From Adineta vaga (Eukaryota > Animalia > Rotifera): a stretch of 64,000 bases of DNA. The position numbers and the translations under genes were made by a program. A model generated the notes under the pieces. The model worked only from the letters and a program-made list of their open reading frames with translations. It did not search any database and had not been told where the DNA came from. The stretch is from NCBI GenBank assembly GCA_021613535.1, contig CP075492.1:16740001-16804000 (forward strand). The letters run 5' to 3'. Numbering within the stretch: position 1 is the stretch's first letter; each line of letters starts with the position of its first letter. Shown in pieces: positions 61,213 through 64,000 of this stretch.

Positions 61213-62384
61213 TTCTATTATTCTATTCAATGCCATATAGAATGAAATAATTAAATAAAAATTCTTTTGTTTTGATAAATCATCAGTTATAAAGAAATTT
61301 CTATTATTCGAATTATTAAGTTTTCCATGAAAAGAATCATTTTGATTCGTTATTCAGTTTGTCTAATGATTATAAAATGAATCACATGTTGAAAGAATTT
61401 CAAGTATCAATGATTCATTGACACGATTCCATATGTTAAATTTTTTGATCTCTGCTGATTAAATCCCTAAGTTTAAACCCCCGAATGTGTACAATTATCA
61501 CTATAAGCCGAAGTCTGTACCTCTATACTTATAACCATATCACCCATAAAAACAGTTCCCCGTAGCATTTCTGATTTGAGTAGAGTGAATCGAGCGATAT
61601 CAATAGACTTACTTTCGTATTTGATTTTGTATGACCCTGTAACATTCTCATTATCAGACGTTATAATATTTGCTTTATTATTGTGCGAATCATATTATTC
61701 GTTGGATTGTATGAACTTCGTTGTGAACACTTGCTTCTCGAAATATAAATGGATTCAATAGAAATACTTTTACAAATTTAAATCGTTCATCGCATGTCAC
61801 ATTAGACTTAATAGGAAAGAATAATCGTATTTAATTCTCTTTAACAAGACGAAGTAATGCAGCTTTATTCTCTGATCCTGCTTAGGTGTTACTTAATATT
61901 CAACTTAATCTGTATGTTATACAGATCCATTTATTTTTAATAAATAATAACTTTTCTCGTTAAACCTATAATAAGATTGATTTGTTTTGTCTTTGTTATA
62001 AATTTAACAAATAAACAGTATGACTATTTTCATGAAAAATATCTTCAAAGGACACTCGATTAACAGCTTCTTAAATATGTAGTTATTCATATGTAATCAT
62101 ACAGAGAAGAGTACACGACTCTTACGGACAAAATTGACTTATATCTATAACTTAGTATTTATTTTATAGAAATTACACACACACACAACAATTAGAATGG
62201 ATTACCATCAAATACACAAGAGACAATACAACATCCAGAACATAACAAAATACACCAAACAGATTCAAAAAATGAGAAGATAGTATGTGCAGAAAAATAA
62301 AGAATTGTACAACAAACAAACAAACTTTGTTCATAAACTCTCAGTTCGCATTTTATTTGTTTCCGATGAACACGAATGTTGTCA

Positions 62385-63389
62385 TCAATGTCGACATAGA
62401 ATTGATCTAAATGCACCTTTAATTAAATCGTACAATGCTTTTCGAAATAAAGATCCACCAGCTAATGTATAAATATAAAATGGCATTGCACTACCTAAAT
62501 AAGTTAATAAAAGAACAATATTATAAACAAACATATCAATTGTAGCTTCCAATTGAGAATTGAATGTTGCTACAAATACTGAATATAATCGTTGAACTGC
62601 TTGAGGAACTGTTAATACAGCAAGAACAATCACTTGAACAAAAACCATACGAAGAAGATGACGTTCAACCTTTTTAGATCGATTTTGGGTTTCATTGCTA
62701 GCTGTTACCATTGGATTTGTCGTAGTTGTAGCCATATTTAATATACGACGTTGACTTTGACGTATATTGACGATTGTCATTAAACCAAATATAAGCATGA
62801 CCACGATTGGAACTATTGTTGTAAAACATGCAAATGTCATATCAGCTACAAGTTGACATGCGTGTGTTTTAGCATAACATTTAAATGGAGCATTTACTAA
62901 ATTAGCATCATAACAATAAAATAATTGACTGTAAATAATCATTGATACGATGATAACAAACAATGTTTCTCGTCGAGCATTTCTTATTGTACTTAATTGT
63001 CGACGATGAATTTGTACAGATGATGTTAACCATCGATCTATTGTAGCTAAAACAATTAACCAAAATACCATTGCTCGTGATGAAAATACAATGAATGTAC
63101 GAAGTTTACAAAACCATCCAATTGTATATGTTGGATCGACAGTCCAACCTGAAAGAACACGAGTTATAAGACCGAAATCAATTGATATAAGACTACAGAT
63201 TGATGAGATCAAAAAAAAGAAAATACATGGCATTTGACCAAGTGTTCGTTGAGAAAGGGTCAAAATATTGAGAATATTTCCAATTGTACCAACAAAAAAA
63301 ATAATGACTGGAAAATAACGACTCACTTGAGCTGATGCATTGACTAACAACTCGATCATTTGTGCATCTTGCGATGAGTTCGAGGACAT
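62385..63389 (-). CDS. Rhodopsin-like orphan GPCR (intronless)
   Basis: GTIGNILN, FCKLR, ATIDRW, MPFYIYTLAGG..FR and seven TM segments. Confidence 0.9.
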   Translation of the reverse strand: MSSNSSQDAQMIELLVNASAQVSRYFPVIIFFVGTIGNILNILTLSQRTLGQMPCIFFFLISSICSLISIDFGLITRVLSGWTVDPTYTIGWFCKLRTFIVFSSRAMVFWLIVLATIDRWLTSSVQIHRRQLSTIRNARRETLFVIIVSMIIYSQLFYCYDANLVNAPFKCYAKTHACQLVADMTFACFTTIVPIVVMLIFGLMTIVNIRQSQRRILNMATTTTNPMVTASNETQNRSKKVERHLLRMVFVQVIVLAVLTVPQAVQRLYSVFVATFNSQLEATIDMFVYNIVLLLTYLGSAMPFYIYTLAGGSLFRKALYDLIKGAFRSILCRH

Positions 63390-64000
63390 TTTTGATTCGT
63401 GAAAAATATTGAAAAGTTGTTAACAAGTGAAGTAAGTAGATGTCTAATTCAAGTTCGAATATAAATGAAATTTTCGAAAGTTCATAGGCAACGATATAAT
63501 TTAAGTAAAAGAAAACGTTTTTCTTAGATACAATTTGTTGTTAAAATTATAAAAACATTTATCTATTATACGTGGTCGGAAAATGATAGAGCATCCAGCA
63601 GATATTATTTATGGGTGAACCTATATATACACAAAAAAAGATACTTTCCGTTAGATCAGTTTTTTAATTCAAATTATATAGACACGAATATATAATTGTA
63701 TAGGAAAAAAAAGAAAGAGTTTCCATTAGATCAACTTCATAATTTTAATTATATAGACATTGATAATAGATAATGACAGCTTTCATATTTTTGCGATACT
63801 TCTGTCGTTTTCCACTATTGAGTTATAATCTTTCTTTCAAAAGAATCATCGTTCAATCCTCTATTAACAATTTTAAAACGCTATTCTATAAAGTGTCATA
63901 CTGAAAAAATCCCGATGGATATAATGTGATACACAAATGAAATGCATTTTCTAACAGATTTTATTCGCTTTTCCCTTTCTTAAGATCCAAACATATCAGC

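Noticed and set aside
1-64000. tRNA or rRNA genes
   Set aside because: None recognised by eye. tRNAscan-SE and Infernal would be needed to exclude them.

Overview
AT-rich (roughly 30% GC by eye) eukaryotic DNA with short GT-AG introns. The gene content points to a bdelloid rotifer (Adineta-like): NHL and Kelch secreted proteins, many orphan rhodopsin-like GPCRs, F-box/LRR and NACHT genes, an Athena-like retroelement relic, TGTGGG/TGAGGG telomere-type repeats and several foreign-looking genes. This taxon assignment is an inference. The window holds about 22 genes or pseudogenes. Highlights: (1) a two-exon gene missed by the ORF track (24187-24928, minus strand) encodes a signal peptide fused to a bacterial polymorphic-toxin RNase domain of the Ntox21/CdiA-CT(ECL) type; (2) about 20 short inverted-repeat elements built from telomere-type repeats sit at roughly one per intergenic interval and partition the window into gene 'cassettes'; (3) an F-box gene carries 18 phase-0 exons of one LRR each, next to a large NACHT gene; (4) a GNAT-LRR fusion; (5) a GC-rich intronless fungal-type saponin hydrolase and an intron-containing fungal-type esterase. 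Also present: a HINE-like element, a MITE, a beta-tubulin relic and a local duplication. All family assignments come from motif recognition by eye; no searches were run.
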